This document shows positions 10,666 to 64,000 of a DNA stretch of 64,000 nt, piece by piece (within the stretch, counting starts at the first letter, position 1; every line of letters starts with the position of its first letter). Below the pieces are notes generated by a model that worked only from the letters and a program-made list of their open reading frames with translations, did no database searches and was not told the origin of the DNA. A program made the position numbers and the translations under genes. This DNA comes from Tubiluchus corallicola. Taxonomy: Eukaryota > Animalia > Priapulida. The stretch covers positions 62,001 to 126,000 of the forward strand of contig JAQGDQ010000338.1 of NCBI GenBank assembly GCA_030141605.1, written 5' to 3'.

Positions 10666-12365
10666 TAGGAAAATGTCCACATCTGCATACTTGAGTAAAT
10701 ATAATGACCTGGTTTCTATCAAAAAATCCAGGTCACAATAAACGTTATGGGACTAGAAAATTAACTTAGTACGCTTGGTGACAACGAAGTATAACATGGT
10801 TAGACGTATTATTGCTGCAGTGACAAACGTTTTAGTTTTACAAGCCAATCAAGACAAAAAATACATTAAATATAACACAATGCACACAATCGGTTCATTG
10901 TATTGCTTCACGTTCTGATGACATCGCAAGAGCAATGCTTTCGCATATCACAATGCAAGTCTCTACGTTTTATCGCTAGTCGTACAAAATATTGTTAAAA
11001 TGAAATATGCTAGGTTAAGATATGTACAAGAGATATCACATTTTAATACTTTCATACAATATTTTGCTCGCTAACCGATGCGGCGGGCGTCGCTACGGTA
11101 AACAACGCAACAAATGATGACATCATGTGACGCCATGGTGACGCAGTGTTGCCGCAGTAAACAATGCAGGATGTCACGAGTGCTACGGCAACTCTAACGA
11201 TAACGCACACCTTCCCAACCCAAGAAAAATTAGACTGTCCAAAAACGTAGACGAACGTTACATGTGTAATACGCTAACAGAAGCGAGAAACAACACAATA
11301 CGCAGCATTTAACTTTAGAAAGGCGTTGTCTACGGGAACACACAGAACGCTGCTGCTGAGTGTCTCCCTCTAGTATACAAAAATAGAAACATTACTATAT
11401 GTTTGAGCACAATACATGAAGGCCACTTGTAGATCATACGAATATGTTTGTTTCAAACATACGAATGAGACATAATGAAAATTATGTACAAAAAAAAATA
11501 TTTCTCATAAAACATAACAAATATGAACGAAATTTAGCTGTCATAATTGTCACACTTTGCGCACTTAATAAATAGACTGGTAAACTCGTGAAAATTTGCA
11601 TTCCGTGACAAATTTAAACATCAGTGCTAATGACTTGAAGCAAAATTCAACTTTGGCAGTTTTTGCCAAGTGAGTGAAGCATTTTTTTAAGCAATAAGTT
11701 TTTGAGGGTTTAAAACCTCGCATCCCATTCGGAAGGTGAAGCATACCAAACTGTTTAGTTTTTACCGAATAGGAACATGTTAGCAAGATGAGTTTAATCA
11801 CGAAAGTACCATCAGAATAAGTTATCCATGTAACAAAATGCTCATTACTCGTAAAGCAAAAAAAAAACGTAAAAAGAATTAAAAACCTCTTTCAACGAAT
11901 TCTATAAACCCCAATTCGTTCATAAGGAAAACACACTCGAAATTCAAACTGTGTTTAATTTGCTAGAAATATTACAATTTTAAGTAGGAGTATGAAAAAT
12001 CTTATAAGAGTAGCAAGCACTTTATGTACTTGCAAAATAAGGTACTTTGGATGAAACAGGGATCGAGGTCATGACAACAGTTACCGACGGTAGTCGAATG
12101 ATTTCTTATTGTCCATTATCTGCACATGATGTCGTTTTGATGAATTATAACATGGCTGCCAAATCACACTTTCGAGTTTTCGACAGAATGAGCCATCTGT
12201 CCTGCGAAAACCGTTAGCCGGTCAGTAAAATGGCCAACGTCCACACGCAAATGAAGTCCATCGCTTCTTCTCCTCGGATAAAATATTGAGAAGCAAAGAC
12301 GTGACCGGCGTTCTCTGCGTAATCACAAAATAACAACCAAGTTTGATAATAAACAAGCGAACAGT

Positions 12366-62595
<50,230 letters not shown>

Positions 62596-62749
62596 CTTCA
62601 GAGAAAAATAATAATAGTTTGTTTTAATTGAGAGTCATACAATAGAACAAGATTAGTTTCTTACGAAATTAATATTTGACTAGTAAGCATACATTTCTGT
62701 ACGTAAACATAACTACAATAATCATATTTGTAATAATAAAATTATTCAC

Positions 62750-63623
62750 AAAAAAATCATTCCAACTTGTGCAGTTACATTATGCAAAAAAATCGTTCTG
62801 ACTTGTGCAGTTACATTATGCAAAAAAAATCGTTCTGACTTGTGCAGTTACATTATGCAAAAAAATTGTTCTGACATGTGCAGTTACATTATGCAAAAAA
62901 AATCGTTCTAACTTGTGCAGCTACATTATGCAAAAAAATTGTTCTGACTTGTGCAGTTACATTATGCAAAAAAAATCGTTCTTACTTGTGCAGTTACATT
63001 ATGCAAAAAAAAATCTTTCTGACTTGTGCAGCTACATTATGCAAAAAAATTGTTCTGACTTGTGCAGTTACATTATGCAAAAAAAATCGTTCTTACTTGT
63101 GCAGTTACATTATGCAAAAAAAAATCGTTCTTACTTGTGCAGTTACATTATGCAAAAAAAATCGTTCTGACTTGTGCAGTTACATTATGCAAAAAAATTG
63201 TTCTGACATGTGCAGTTACATTATGCAAAAAAAATCGTTCTAACTTGTGCAGCTACATTATGCAAAAAAATTGTTCTGACTTGTGCAGTTACATTATGCA
63301 AAAAAAATCGTTCTTACTTGTGCAGTTACATTATGCAAAAAAAATCGTTCTGACTTGTGCAGTTACATTATGCAAAAAAATCGTTCTGACTTGTGCAGTT
63401 ACATTATGCAAAAAAAATCGTTCTGACTTGTGCAGTTACATTATGCAAAAAAAATCGTTCTGACTTGTGCAGTTACATTATGCAAAAAAAATTGTTCTGA
63501 CTTGTGCAGTTACATTATGCAAAAAAAATTGTTCTGACTTGTGCAGTTACATTATGCAAAAAAAATTGTTCTGACTTGTGCAGTTACATTATGCAAAAAA
63601 TCGTGCTGACTTGTGCAGTTACA
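62750..63623. repeat. 36-38-bp minisatellite (tgtgcagttacattatgca(a)n-tcgttctgact), ~24 copies
   Basis: Direct reading. Confidence 0.95.
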
Positions 63624-63719
63624 GTGTGCATAAAGTGACAATGCATGATTTGCAGTAACAATAAATGGAAAACAAAAAATAAGTTTGGAGTCATATTATT
63701 AAGTAAAACCGTGGCAAGG

Positions 63720-63864
63720 AAGAAGGGAGGGAGGGAAGGAGAGGATCAGACAGACGGGGAAGACAGAGAGAAAGAGAGAGAGAGGGAGGGGGGAGAGGGA
63801 GAGAGAGAGGGGAGAGGGAGAGACAGAGCAAGAGCGAGAGAGAGGGGGGAGAGAGAGAGAGAGC

Positions 63865-63906
<42 letters not shown>

Positions 63907-63907
63907 C

Positions 63908-63940
<33 letters not shown>
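63720..63940. repeat. (GA)n / (GAGACA)n microsatellite
   Basis: Direct reading. Confidence 0.95.
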
Positions 63941-64000
63941 TCTAGTAAGACTAACCAACACATTCCATTGCTTCATCTAGCTCATAGCCATCAATGCAGA

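Overview
AT-rich eukaryotic (invertebrate animal) genomic DNA with spliceosomal GT-AG introns; no prokaryotic features or CRISPR. There are two convergent genes. (1) On the + strand, a single-coding-exon N-terminal RASSF gene of the RASSF9/10 type (6203-8728). (2) On the - strand, the 3' ~50 kb of a very large gene whose 5' end lies beyond the window. I resolved 39 in-frame exons for it: 28 exons encoding 29 mostly calcium-binding EGF modules (two truncated to 4 Cys), a 401-codon Thr/Pro mucin exon plus three linker exons, a cuticlin/Dumpy-type ZP domain, a furin site (RRKR), a transmembrane helix and a short tail. This is a Dumpy/FBN-1-like apical matrix protein. Introns and intergenic DNA are dense with minisatellites (10-92 bp units), TTAA- and TA-targeting MITEs, LTR-like elements and LINE remnants. 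The most notable non-coding signal is an inverted repeat at ~387-1004 whose arms each carry a minimal type-I hammerhead ribozyme motif, as seen in Penelope-like retroelements. All coordinates were read by hand; exon boundaries were checked for splice sites and phase, while repeat boundaries are approximate.
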